Translations under genes and position numbers: made by a program | Notes under the pieces: model-generated | Told to the model about the DNA's origin: nothing | Database searches by the model: none | Seen by the model: the letters and a program-made list of their open reading frames with translations, nothing else | Source of the DNA: Octopus sinensis | Lineage: Eukaryota | Assembly: GCF_006345805.1 (NCBI RefSeq) | Contig: NC_043007.1 | Location: 18,910,001 to 18,974,000, forward strand | DNA: 64,000 nt | Reading direction: 5' to 3' | Shown: in pieces, positions 13,616 through 25,495 of the stretch | Layout: the number at the start of each line of letters is the position of its first letter | How positions within the stretch are numbered: the stretch's first letter is position 1

Positions 13616-14640
13616 GGCCGTGTGGTAAGAAGCTTGCCTCCCACGCATATGGTTCTTTTTTGTTATCTCAACCCCATTAAAACATCGCCATTAAAAAATT
13701 GGGTTATCTCCTCACTAGACAGTTGAGTTTACGAGGCGACAAGAGTGATTCAATACTTCAACAGATTATTGACTTTTGGCCTCCTCAATAGTCATTGGTA
13801 TGATTTGTTATAAAAATGTTATCAGATTAAATAAGATGTCCAATGTTTTCACTTTTCATTTTTATTCTTTTATTCTCTTTTTTTTTGTTTCAGTCATTTG
13901 ACTGTGGCTATGCTGGAGCACCGCCTTTAGTCGACCAAATCGACCTCAGGACTTATTCTTTGTAAGACTAGTACTTATTCTATCGGTCTTTCTTGCCGAA
14001 CCGCTACGAGACGGGGACATAAACACACCAGCATCAGTTGTCAAGCGATGCTGGGGGGACAAACACAGACACACACACACACGCGCGCGCGCACAAATAT
14101 ATATATATATATGTATGTATAAGTTCAGCAAAATTTAGATTCAGTTCATGTTTGGATTAACTATATATATATCTTTCTTTACTACCCACAAGGGGCTAAA
14201 CACAGAGGGGACAAACAAGGACAGACAGACAAACGGATTAAGTCGATTACATCGACCCCAGTGCGTAGCTGGTACTTAATTTATCGACCCCGAAAGGATG
14301 AAAGGCAAAGTCGACCTCTGTGTTTAGTCCCCTGTGGGCAATAAAGAAATAATAATTATTGTTATTATTATTATTGTTGCCTTTGCACAGCTTCTAACAC
14401 TGGAGATGTACTACAGTGTCAGCTGTTCACTACCAGTGAACTAAGGTAACACTTCTTATTTTTCGAACCTCTTCCGGAGTATTCGAGCTGGTGTGTTTAC
14501 GGTCCCGTTAATTAGCAGTTCGGCAAAAGAGACCGATAAAATACCAGGCTTAGCCAAACAAATGAAAGTTAAGTACTGCGGGGTTCGATATTTGAGATAA
14601 TAAAATATCTCAAATGTGGCGATTAAACTGACCAAAATAT
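10273..14640. repeat. 497-bp inverted duplication (10273-10769 and 14144-14640)
   Basis: Composite of SINE fragments and unique DNA; about 5 substitutions by eye. Confidence 0.92.
10847..10881 (-). ncRNA. Minimal type I hammerhead motif (family 2-related)
   Basis: GUUU-CUGACGA-A-GAGC(UCC)GCUC-GAAA-CG-UU/AAAU. Confidence 0.68.
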
Positions 14641-14882
14641 TGCAAAAGCGGTTAGTCAGACCTTTTTACTATTGAGGGGCCCTTCGTAAAATTTTAAGCG
14701 ACGTAGCCTCGAAATTCTGCTGTTTCGCATCCAATTTGTAATGGAAAGAAGAAGAAGAAAAATGTCATATTTGCATAAACAGTTCGACAAGGAAGAGAAA
14801 TTACTTGGAGCAAACATAATTTTAAAGATGACTTCACCAGTGAAGAGACATTATTTTTATTAACATGAAGCAAAATAGCTAT

Positions 14883-14954
14883 TTCCCAAGCGGGGAATCG
14901 AACCCCGGCCGCCGCGGTGAGAGCGCGGAATCCTAACCACTAGACCACTTGGGA
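14883..14954 (-). tRNA. tRNA-Glu(CTC) copy 1
   Basis: 72 nt: TCCCAAG/CTTGGGA acceptor stem, GTCT/GGAT D-stem, CCGCG-CTCTCAC-CGCGG anticodon arm, CGGGG-TTCGATT-CCCCG T-arm; T4 in the trailer. Confidence 0.96.
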
Positions 14955-15378
14955 TGCTGAATACGGATACAGCAAAATAAGAATATAGTCGAACGTGTTA
15001 ATAGTCTTGTGAACAGCCGTGCCTGTGTATTGATGTCAAGCAAAGCAATTTTATTTTGAGTCAGCCTCTCAGAAGCAAAACAACCTACATAACGCAACTT
15101 TCCCTCTTGCCTGTTGCCTGCCTTCGAGTAGAAAACATTTCGGGCGTAACTAGAGATTTCTGCACCTCCCTGCCGACTTTGGATGATCATAACTTTCAGA
15201 AAATGGATGTTTTTTAATGAAATTTTCTACGAATTTCTGTTATACCGTGTAGATTCCGAATATAGTATTTTAGGAGGGGGTGGGGTGAGGAATTTCAGAA
15301 AATTCACCGGGGTTCACTTCTATTCGTCTCAACTCTCAAGAAAATAGATATTTTTAAATAAAATTCTCTACAAATAGG

Positions 15379-15624
15379 TACTATTTAAGAAGAGTGGTCC
15401 CGGTGCGCGCACTCGCGAATTCGCGCATCCGGGCTAGCTAGTCATGACTAGTCGATCCTTACTTAGTGTTTTTGTGTTTTATTTACTTTGTGTAAAAAAA
15501 TTATTTATTTTGTGTTTTATTTACTTTGCTAGGTAGTCGTTGTAGGATCGACTAGTCACGACTAGCTAGCGCGGATGCGCGAGTACGCGAGTGCGCATAC
15601 CGGGACCACTCTTCTTAAACAGTA
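15379..15624. repeat. GC-rich inverted repeat, ~82-bp arms around an AT-rich spacer
   Basis: Arms ~15379-15460 and ~15542-15624. Confidence 0.88.
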
Positions 15625-16253
15625 GGACCCTACAAATATACCTCGGACTACGTAGATTCCGAAGACATAGGAATTTTTTGGGGGCGGGGGGAAACAATTG
15701 GGGGTTATTTTTGAGAACCGTTCCCCACTCGCGGGTGTTTCGGAACAAGTCGTCCAAATTTGTTTCATTTTCTCCGTTTTGTACGTTTGAGCATCCGTAG
15801 ATTTCTACCACACACACACATACACATATATGTAATTAGTAAAGTTCAAACGGAGAATTATTGCATTCAGTATCATGTTTATTATAGAGATTATGTAACA
15901 AGTTTTATTTTACACTTCTATATTTAACTGCGTATATATTCCTCAATTTGGCTTCTTCCGTCTTCTGTCTTCGAATAGAAATATTTCGTAGGTTTCTAAG
16001 TTTTGGGTTTTTTTTCAAAATATTGAAGAACTATTCAAGGTAGTGACAGTTTGAGATTTGTTTTATTCGTTTATTTGTTTCAGTCATTTGGCTGCAGCCA
16101 TGCTGGAGCACCGCCTTTTAGTCGAACGAATCGACCCCACGACTCATTCTTTGTAAGCCTAGTACTTATTCTATCGGGGGCTTTTTGCCGAACCGCTTGA
16201 TTTCGAGGACATAAACACACCAGCATCGGTTGTCAAGCGATGGAGGGGAACAA

Positions 16254-16345
<92 letters not shown>

Positions 16346-16559
16346 GACGGGTTTCTTTCAGTTTCCATCTACCAAATCCACTCACAAGGCTTTGGTCGGC
16401 CTGAGGCACTTGCCGGTAGAAGGCACTTGCCCAAGGTGCCACGCAGTGGGATTGAACCCGGCACCATGTGATTGGTAAGCAAGCTACTTGCCCAAAGTAC
16501 ATCTCTTCTTTGGAAGTTGCAACCTGATCAATGAAACCAACAAATAGATACGTTATTCC

Positions 16560-16895
16560 GTTCTATATTTAAGAGATGAGGAATTATGTACATTATTTAC
16601 ATTTGGTGGATATTTGTCCTCATCTTGGAAGGTGTTTGTAAGCCATTTAAGAACGGCTTTTGTGTGTTTCTTAAAGGGCTTACAAACACCTTCCACGCTG
16701 CAACTGTTTTCGTTTCAGCACACGATCTCAGATTAAATCACTTACTAAGCAAGTACATCTCCGTAATGTCCTCATCCTGTTTGCTGTTAACACAACATTT
16801 CGGCTGATATACCCTCCAGTCTTCATCAGGAGCCTTGGGAAAATTTCGAACCTGGATTCCCATTCCTAAGGTATTTTTCGATGTTGTTGTTGTTG

Positions 16896-16965
<70 letters not shown>
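16560..16965 (-). mobile_element. HHR-SINE copy (HHR 16789-16834) with a nested family-P insertion (16625-16766) flanked by TSD TGTCCTCATC
   Basis: 10-bp direct repeat at 16615-16624 and 16767-16776; (AAT)n linker at the 5' side. Confidence 0.75.
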
Positions 16966-16968
<3 letters not shown>

Positions 16969-17293
16969 CGCTGTTGTTTGGATTCCCGATGTTTTTTCCG
17001 CGCTTCTAATGAACTGTTATCGCTTCAGCAAATGTACTGTTGACTGATGTTCTATAAACAAGAGCCATTAATCTCGTACAGATACGGTGATCCGGAATAA
17101 CATTACCTGAAGAGACACTCAATGAGGTTGAAACACGGCAGTATCTCAAAGTCACTTTACATCAACGAATCGGTTGTGTTGTGAACACACATCGACAAAA
17201 AGGAGGAGATGTTCTCCGACGACTAAATACAGCAGCAATCAGCAGGTTCGTGTTCGAATCTGCCAGAGCGTAACAAGACTGAATAGATACGTT

Positions 17294-17707
17294 AGTGGCT
17301 GTGTGGTAAGTAGCTTGTTTACCAACCACATGGTTCCGGGTTCAGTCCCACTGCGTGGCACCTTGGGCAAGTGTCTTCTACTATAGCCTCGGGCCGACCA
17401 AAGCCTTGTGAGTGGATTTGGTAGGCAGAAACTGAAAAGAAGCCCGTCGTATATATGTATATATATATAGATATATATATATATATATATATGCATGTGT
17501 GTGTTTGTATGTCCGTGTTTGTCCCCCTAGCATTGCTTGACAACCGATGCTGGTGTGTTTATGTCCCCGTAACTTAGCGGTTCGGCAAAAGAGACCGATA
17601 GAATAAGTACTGGGCTTACAAAAGAATAAGTCCCGGGGTCGAGTTGCTCGATTAAAGGTGGTGTTCCAGCATGGCCGCAGTCAAAATAACTGAAACAAGT
17701 AAAAGAG
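17294..17707 (+). mobile_element. SINE family A, full length
   Basis: Head GTGGCTGTGTGG, B-box-like GGTTCAGTCCC, tail CTGAAACAAGTAAAAGAG. Confidence 0.87.
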
Positions 17708-18000
17708 TATTTCCCGGGTAGGAAATCGTCCATCGGCCGCGGCAGTGGCATCGCAGAATCAGAACCACTTGAGAGACAAACAACTATTCTTTTATTTCTT
17801 TCAGTCATTTGACTGCGGCCATGCTGGAGCATCGCGTTTACCATCAAGTATGTTGATTATCTAATTACAGGCAATAACCTTTTACAACATTTCGATAACA
17901 ATATCTGATTAAACTGAGCACTTAGAGTGAACAACTAACAGATAACCGATCCGAGAATTATAAAAATCGGTTATCGTCAAACTAAATAAAGAATTAACAA

Positions 18001-18155
18001 GGAGTGGCTGTGTAGTATGTAGCTTGCTTATGAACCACATGGTTCCGTGTTCAGTCCCACTGCGTGGCACCTTGGACAAGTGTCTTCTACTATAGCCTCG
18101 GGCCAACCAAGACTTGGTAGACGGAAACTGAAAGAAGCCTGTGTATATATATATA

Positions 18156-18188
<33 letters not shown>

Positions 18189-18205
18189 GATAGATATATA
18201 TATAT

Positions 18206-18238
<33 letters not shown>

Positions 18239-18476
18239 TATATATATATATTATATATACACACACACACACACATATGTGTGTGTGTGTGTGTGTATGT
18301 ATGTTTGTGTCCCACGACATCTCTTGACAACCGATCATGGAGAGTCTACGTCCTGTAACTTAGTGGTTCGGCAAAAGAAACCGATAGAATAAGTACTGGG
18401 GTTGATTTACTCAACTACAGGCGGTATTCCAGCATGGCTGCAGTTAAATGACTGAAACAAATAAAAGAATAAAAGA
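18001..18476 (+). mobile_element. SINE family A, full length, tail abutting tRNA-Glu copy 2
   Basis: Same diagnostic segments. Confidence 0.87.
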
Positions 18477-18481
18477 GCAAT

Positions 18482-18553
18482 TTCCCAAGCGGGGAATCGA
18501 ACCCCGGCCGCCGCGGTGAGAGCGCGGAATCCTAACCACTAGACTACTTGGGA
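18482..18553 (-). tRNA. tRNA-Glu(CTC) copy 2 (G9A variant)
   Basis: Same cloverleaf; one substitution (TAGTCT versus TGGTCT). Confidence 0.93.
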
Positions 18554-19080
18554 AGCTGACGGTAACAACTGTAAAATAAATATAAATGAGGAAGTACTTT
18601 TTCTTCCCGTGACTAATTTGGTTAATCTATTGAATAAGTTACAAAGGTAGGGAATTAGCAAACTTATCTGGCTCTTTACGTTGTGAGTTCAAATTCCACC
18701 GAAGCTTACATTACTTTCACCTTTCGGGGGCGATAAAACAAGTACCAACTGAGTACTGAATGTACAAATTCGTTACTAGGTCGATATAATCGACTTACCA
18801 ATTCCTCTAAAAAATATTAGATTTGCACCAAAATTTGAAACAATGGCTACGAGCTGGCAGAATCGTTATCTCGCCGGGGCGAAATACTTAGCGGTATTTC
18901 GTCTGTCTTTACGTTCTGAGTTCAAATTCCGCCCAGGTCTACTTTGCCTTTCATCCCTTTCTGGGTTGATAAATTAAGTACCAGTTGCGTACTGGGTCGA
19001 TCTAATCGACTGGCCACCTCCCCCAAAATTTCGAGCCTTGTGCCTAGAGTAGAAAAGAATCGTGAGGTCCTCTGACAGCA

Positions 19081-19404
19081 GGAGTGGCTGTGTGGTAAGT
19101 AGGTTGCTTACGAACCACATGGTTGCGGGTTCAGTCCCACTGCGTGGCACCTTGGGCAAGTGTCTTCTACTATAGCCTCGGGCCGACCAAAGCCTTGTCA
19201 GTGGATTTGGTAGATGGAAACTGAAAGAAGCCCGTCGTATATGTGTGTGTATGTGTTTGTGTGTCTGTGTTTCTATCGGTCTCTTTTGCCGAACCGCTGA
19301 GTTACATGGACGTAAACATACCAGCATCGGTTGTTAAGCGATGTTGGGGGGGACAAACACAGATACACAAACACATACACACACACATACACACAGACAC
19401 ACAG

Positions 19405-19477
<73 letters not shown>

Positions 19478-19636
19478 CACACATATATATACGACGGACT
19501 TCTTTCAGTTTCTGTCTACCAAATCCACTCACAAGGCTTTGGTCGGCCCGAGTCTATAGTAGAAGACACTTGCCCAAGGTGCCACGCAGTGGGACTGAAC
19601 CCGGAACCATGTGGTTGGTGAACAAGCTACTTACCA
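19081..19636. mobile_element. Head-to-head fusion of two family A SINEs forming a fold-back
   Basis: Plus-strand 5' half (19081-19270) joined to a minus-strand copy (19272-19636). Confidence 0.8.
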
Positions 19637-19963
19637 CCTCACCCCATTAAAAAGTTGCCATTAAAAATTGGGTTATGTCCTGAGTTTATGTGACGACAAG
19701 AGATGGGATTAAAAGGGTTGGGTCCTTTTGATTCAATACTTCAACACATTGTTGATGTTTGGCGTCCTCAATTCTTTCATTTTTTTTCTTTGTTTTATTG
19801 AGAGTTAAACAATATTTTTTAGTTGGGGGAGATTACCAAAAGCACCGATATTTTTCATAAACCCAATTTTTTAATGGGGTGTGAGATAACCATAAACTAC
19901 CGTTGCGAGAACAAAAGAAAAAAAATCAGTTATTATCTCACAAGTGTAATAAAAAGAAAGTGT

Positions 19964-20035
19964 TTCCCAAGCGGGGAATCGAACCCCGGCCGCCGCGGTG
20001 AGAGCGCGGAATCCTAACCACTAGACCACTTGGGA
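19964..20035 (-). tRNA. tRNA-Glu(CTC) copy 3
   Basis: Identical to copy 1; T-run trailer. Confidence 0.96.
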
Positions 20036-20624
20036 AGATGGTAAAGACACTGAAAAATATCTATATATTGAAGTATTTGTAAGTTCTTACCACTCATTGT
20101 GTTTGTTTTGTTGAGAAGTATGGTGCAGTATTTCATTTGCAGTCGACATAGCCATGATAAAGTACAAGCAAAGGGAAGTACATGACGTCATTTTTCAATC
20201 TTTACTGCCTCGCTCCTGTCTGGAAGAAGAGTCCATTTCTTTGTAGGGAGAGTAGAAATAATTATTTACAGTTGAATGGAAAGCGGACAGTGAATATTGT
20301 TAATCTTTTCAATAACTATAACGCATAATATTAAATTTTGATCCTATGATTTATAATAAACCATAAATAATTATTTTTACTTAAAGAAAGAATTTAGTGA
20401 ATCGTTTTCTTTCATGTAATGTTGAAAGGCGAGGGGAAGCACGACAGAATACGTGAATGATACAAAAAATATTATATTCAATCCTATATACGCTTTTTAA
20501 CCGACAAAACGTAAAAGATAGTTTCACTTGTATGACTGATGCGAGGACCATCGTCACAGGTAGCAGCTGACACGTCGATAACTTCATAAAGCCAACACTG
20601 GAAACCAAATTCATTAATTTTTCG

Positions 20625-21185
20625 TTTTGAGATTTGGTTTGCAAGATTCTTTATATGAGTTCGTGTGTTGAAGCATATTCTGTTGTGTCTGGGGAGAGTC
20701 ATTCTCATTTAGTGCCTTATTATTTAACACACTCACCGGAGAATGACTCTCCCCAGACACATCAGAATTTCATGAATATCTATTCAAATAATAACGTTTA
20801 TACCATCAACTCGTAATACGACGATAATATATAATTTTAAGAAAACAATTATGATATTTAGAAATCTCAATTATGTTTTTACATCAAAAATCTTTTTCCC
20901 TATTTTGAGAGCAATCCTTGTACATTTCACTATCAATTTAGTTTGCTTAAAGTGAACGATTATCGCATAATTCAGGCGAAAATAAAGAAACCATTCATTT
21001 ACTTAATTATTAGTTTTAGTAAAAATAAATAAATAAATAAATAAATGAGTGGAACTCAGACTGGTGAGTGTGTTAAATTAGTAAGGCACTAAAAGTGAAT
21101 GACCCTTCCCAGACACAATAAAATATGCTTCAACACACGAATTTACATAAAGAATCTTGCAAATCGAATACAAAAACGAAATAAA
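20625..21185. mobile_element. Fold-back/MITE-like element within the tRNA array unit (again at ~23150-23670)
   Basis: ~110-bp diverged inverted arms; a nested perfect 23-bp IR (20684-20706 / 20739-20761); same family at ~3460-3620 and ~34915. Confidence 0.65.
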
Positions 21186-21247
21186 GGAACCAGTTATTAT
21201 CAAACACCCAAAAGGAAAAAAAAACACGCACACAAAAGAAAAAGCTT

Positions 21248-21319
21248 TTCCCAAGCGGGGAATCGAACCCCGGCCGCCGCGGTGAGAGCGCGGAATCCTA
21301 ACCACTAGACCACTTGGGA
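21248..21319 (-). tRNA. tRNA-Glu(CTC) copy 4
   Basis: Identical to copy 1; T5 trailer. Confidence 0.96.
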
Positions 21320-22485
21320 AGATGATAAACGTACTGAAAAACATCTATATATTGAAGTATTTGTAAGTTCTTGCCAATCATTGTGTTTGTTTTGTTGATA
21401 AGTATGGTGCATTATTTCATCTGCAGTCGACATAGCCATGATAAAGTACAAGCAAAGGGAAGTACATGACGTCATTTTTTAATTTTCTACTGCCTCGGTC
21501 CTGTCTGGAAGAAGAGTCCATTTCTTTGTAGGGAGAGTAGAAATAATTATTTACAGTTGAATGGAAAGCGGACAGTGAATATTGTTAATCTTTTCTATAA
21601 CTATAACACAGAATATTAAATTTTGATCCTACGATTTATAATAAACCATAAATAATTATTTTTACCTAAAAAAAGAAATTAGTGAATCATTTTCCTACAT
21701 GTAATGTTGAAAGGCGAAGGGAAACACGACAGAATACGTGAATGATGCAAAAATATTATATTCAATCATATATACGCTATTTAACCGACAAAACGTAAAA
21801 GATAGCTTCACTCGTATGACTGATGCGAGGACCATCATCACAGGTAGCAGCTGACACGTCGATAACTTCATAAAGCCAACACTGGAAGCCAATTTCATGA
21901 ATAGCTATTCAAATAATAACGTTTATACCTTATTTCTTTATCACCCACAAGGGGCTAAACATAGAGGGGATAAACAAGGACAGACATAGGTATTAAGTCG
22001 ATTACATCGACCCCAGTGCGTAACTGGCACTTAATTTATCGACCCCCGAAAGGATGAAAGGTAAAGGTAAAGTCACCTTCAACTCGTAATAAGACGATAA
22101 TATATAATTTACGAAAATAATTATGATATTTAGAAAACCCAATTATGTTTTTACATCAAAAATCTTTTTCCCTATTTTGAGAGCTACCAATTTAGTTTGC
22201 TTAAAGTGAACGATTATCGCATAATTCAGACGAAAATAAAGAAACCATTCATTTACTTAATTATTAGTTTTAGTAAAAATAAATAAATAAATGAGTGGAA
22301 CTCAGACTGGTGAGTGTGTTAAATTAGTAAGGCACTAAAAGAGAATGACTCTCCCCAGACAAAATAAAATATGCTTCAACACACGAATTTACATAAAGAA
22401 TCTTGCAAACCACGTACAGAAACGAAATAAAGGAACCAGTTATTATCATACACCCAAAAGGAAAAACACACAAAAGAAGACGCTT

Positions 22486-22557
22486 TTCCCAAGCGGGGAA
22501 TCGAACCCCGGCCGCCGCGGTGAGAGCGCGGAATCCTAACCACTAGACCACTTGGGA
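22486..22557 (-). tRNA. tRNA-Glu(CTC) copy 5
   Basis: Identical to copy 1. Confidence 0.96.
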
Positions 22558-23739
22558 AGATGGTAAAGACACTGAAAAATATCTATATATTGAAGTATTT
22601 GTAAGTTCTTACCACTCATTGTGTTTGTTTTGTTGATAAGTATGGTGCAGTATTTCATTTGCAGTCGACATAGCCATGATAAAGTACAAGCAAAGGGAAG
22701 TACATGACGTCATTTTTCAATCTTTTACTGCCTCGCTCCTGTCTGGAAGAAGAGTCCATTTCTTTGTAGGGAGAGTAGAAATAATTATTTACAGTTGAAT
22801 GGAAAGCGGACAGTGAATATTGTTAATCTTTTCAATAACTATAACGCATAATATTAAATTTTGATCCTATGATTTATAATAAACCATAAATAATTATTTT
22901 TACTTAAAGAAAGAATTTAGTGAATCGTTTTCTTTCATGTAATGTTGAAAGGCGAGGGGAAGCACGACAGAATACGTGAATGATACAAAAATATTATATT
23001 CAATCATATATACGCTTTTTAACCGACAAAACGTAAAAGATAGCTTCACTTGTATGACTGATGCGAGGACCATCGTCACAGGTAGCAGCTGACACGTCGA
23101 TAACTTCATAAAGCCAATACTGGAAACCAATTTCATTAATTTTTCGTTTTTGGATTTGGTTTGCAAGATTCTTTATATGAGTTCGTGTGTTGAAGCATAT
23201 TCTGTTGTGTCTGGGGAGAGCCATTCTCATTTAGTGCCTTATTATTTAACACACACTCACCGGAGAATGACTCTCCCCAGACACATCAGAATTTCATGAA
23301 TATCTATTCGAATAATAACGTTTATACTATCAACTCGTAATACGACGATAATATATAATTTCAAGAAAACAATTATGATATTTAGAAATCCCAACTACGT
23401 TTTTACATCAGAAATCTTTTTCCCTATTTTGAGAGCTACCAATTTAGTTTGCTTAAAGTGAACGATTATCGCATAATTCAGGCGAAAATAAAGAAACCAA
23501 ATCATTTTACTTATTCATTAGTTTTAGTAAAAATAAATAAATAAATAAGTGGAACTCAGAGTAGTGAGTGTGATAAAGGCACTAAAAGGGAATGACTCAC
23601 CCCAGATACAATAAAATATGCCTTAACACAAGAATTTACATAAAGAATCTTGCAAACCGAATACAAAAACGAAATAAAGAAACCAGTTATTATCATACAT
23701 CCAAAAGGAAAAAAAACACACACACAAAAGAAGAAGCTT

Positions 23740-23811
23740 TTCCCAAGCGGGGAATCGAACCCCGGCCGCCGCGGTGAGAGCGCGGAATCCTAACCACTAG
23801 ACCACTTGGGA
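23740..23811 (-). tRNA. tRNA-Glu(CTC) copy 6
   Basis: Identical to copy 1. Confidence 0.96.
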
Positions 23812-24859
23812 AGCTGTCGACTAACGCTGAAAATTTCATATATACAGAAATATTTGTAACTGCTTGTAAAGAGTTGCGTTTGTCTGTTGGCGTTAAGTAA
23901 AGTAGGTAACTTCATGTTCAGTCGAGATTGACATGATAAAGTACATCACACCATTTTTTTCTTTCCAATCCGGAAGAAGGGTCCACTTCTTTGTGGGTAG
24001 AGTAGATATAATTATTTACAGTCGAATGGAAAGTGGACAGTGATACTTTGAATCCAGTTGAAGTTTAGTATTCCGCGATAGATTTATGAAGGTATTTTTC
24101 CCCCCATCATCTTTAATAAACTTCAACGTAGAGTAAAGATTCTAATATAGTTAATGTTCAAAATATTCGTCTCTGTTGCTCAAATACATTCCACTGGACA
24201 CTCTTAGTTATTTTTACTTAAATGTGTTCTTTTTTTTGTAGAAGTTTGGCAACAGGAAATAGGGTTGAATAAATGTCGTGCTAATGACGCTTATTGAGCC
24301 AGAAATACGTCTCCACGATTGTCTTATTTCCAGATAACGAACCTGTTCTTTTTCGTAACAGCTTGTTAACTTCCAGAATTCTTGAATCTTGTGATTATCT
24401 CCCCCTGCTCAAGCGAAGCTGATCTTGCCATTTGGTAATTAACAGCCCTCACCGTTTGTTTTTACTGTTTTGTTCTCACTGTCCTGTTTTGTTACCACTT
24501 TCACACTCCGCAAAAAATCCCAAATTTTATTTAATTTGCTTTGCGGAAAGGATTGTTTCAACGAAGTCGCATATTGTCCTTGCCTTCGTAACCTCGGAGT
24601 AGATGAAACAGGGACAACTGAAGAAGGGGAATATTCTTTATGTCGCATGTTTCATTTCTCCCTTTGTGTTTTTCGTTGTTCGAAAAAAGTTCGTTTTCTA
24701 TGTTTTTGTTTTTATTTTTTCGTTTTTCATTCTGTTCAACGTCTTTTTTGTTGTCCTGTACCCATATATGCATGTATATATACATATATATGTAGGTATG
24801 TACATATATGTATATATATATATGCATATATTATATATTATTATGCATATATATATATG

Positions 24860-24954
<95 letters not shown>

Positions 24955-24991
24955 TATATAAGAAAGTTGGTTTGTGAAAGTACGTGGTTGA

Positions 24992-25323
24992 ATATATAGA
25001 AAATAGTAAAAAGTGAAAAAACTACAGAAGGCTTGTTTTAAAAGGTTAAAGAATATATATTTAAGTCAATATGTCTGAAGAATATTATAAATTTTTTTCT
25101 TACAATGACATAATTTAGAAGTAAGACCGGTTTCGCGTTTAGCTTTTCAAATTTCTTACGTCGTTATGTTTATGTTGAGAAGAGTTATCGTTATGTTTAT
25201 GTTGAAAAGAGTTCTAAATAAATTTATAATATTCTTCAGACATATTGGCTTAAATATATATTTTTTAACCTTTTAAAACAAGCCTTCTGTAGTTTTTTCA
25301 CTTTTTACTATTTTCTACATATA
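24992..25323. repeat. AT-rich inverted repeat, ~103-bp arms
   Basis: Arms ~24992-25094 and ~25220-25323, between (TA)n tracts. Confidence 0.88.
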
Positions 25324-25495
25324 TATATATATACATATACCATCACCTGGTAATGTAAGCGAAATTAATTAAGATATACTAATTATATTCTTATATGTAA
25401 TAATACTCCTGATGGTAACAGCTGCGCATTAATCGAGTCTGTTATTTAAACTGTTGCTGCTTCGCTAATGGCTAAATGAGAGAAACAGTTTAAAC

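Larger units (their letters stand above)
19964..24080. repeat. Tandem array of ~1.24-1.28-kb units, each with one tRNA-Glu gene
   Basis: tRNA spacing 1284, 1238 and 1254 bp with homologous spacers. Confidence 0.93.

Noticed and set aside
15379-15624. Cloning-vector polylinker contamination
   Set aside because: The sites form two diverged inverted arms with natural-looking substitutions and genomic flanks; no vector backbone was seen.
21078-21344. Recurrent ORFs containing VRIPRSHRGGRGSIPRLG or FPSGESNPGRRGESAES
   Set aside because: They are translations of the tRNA-Glu genes.
19964-24080. Identical 72-bp repeats with spacers as a CRISPR-like array
   Set aside because: The repeats are tRNA genes, the spacers are homologous and over 1 kb long, the context is eukaryotic, and there are no cas genes.
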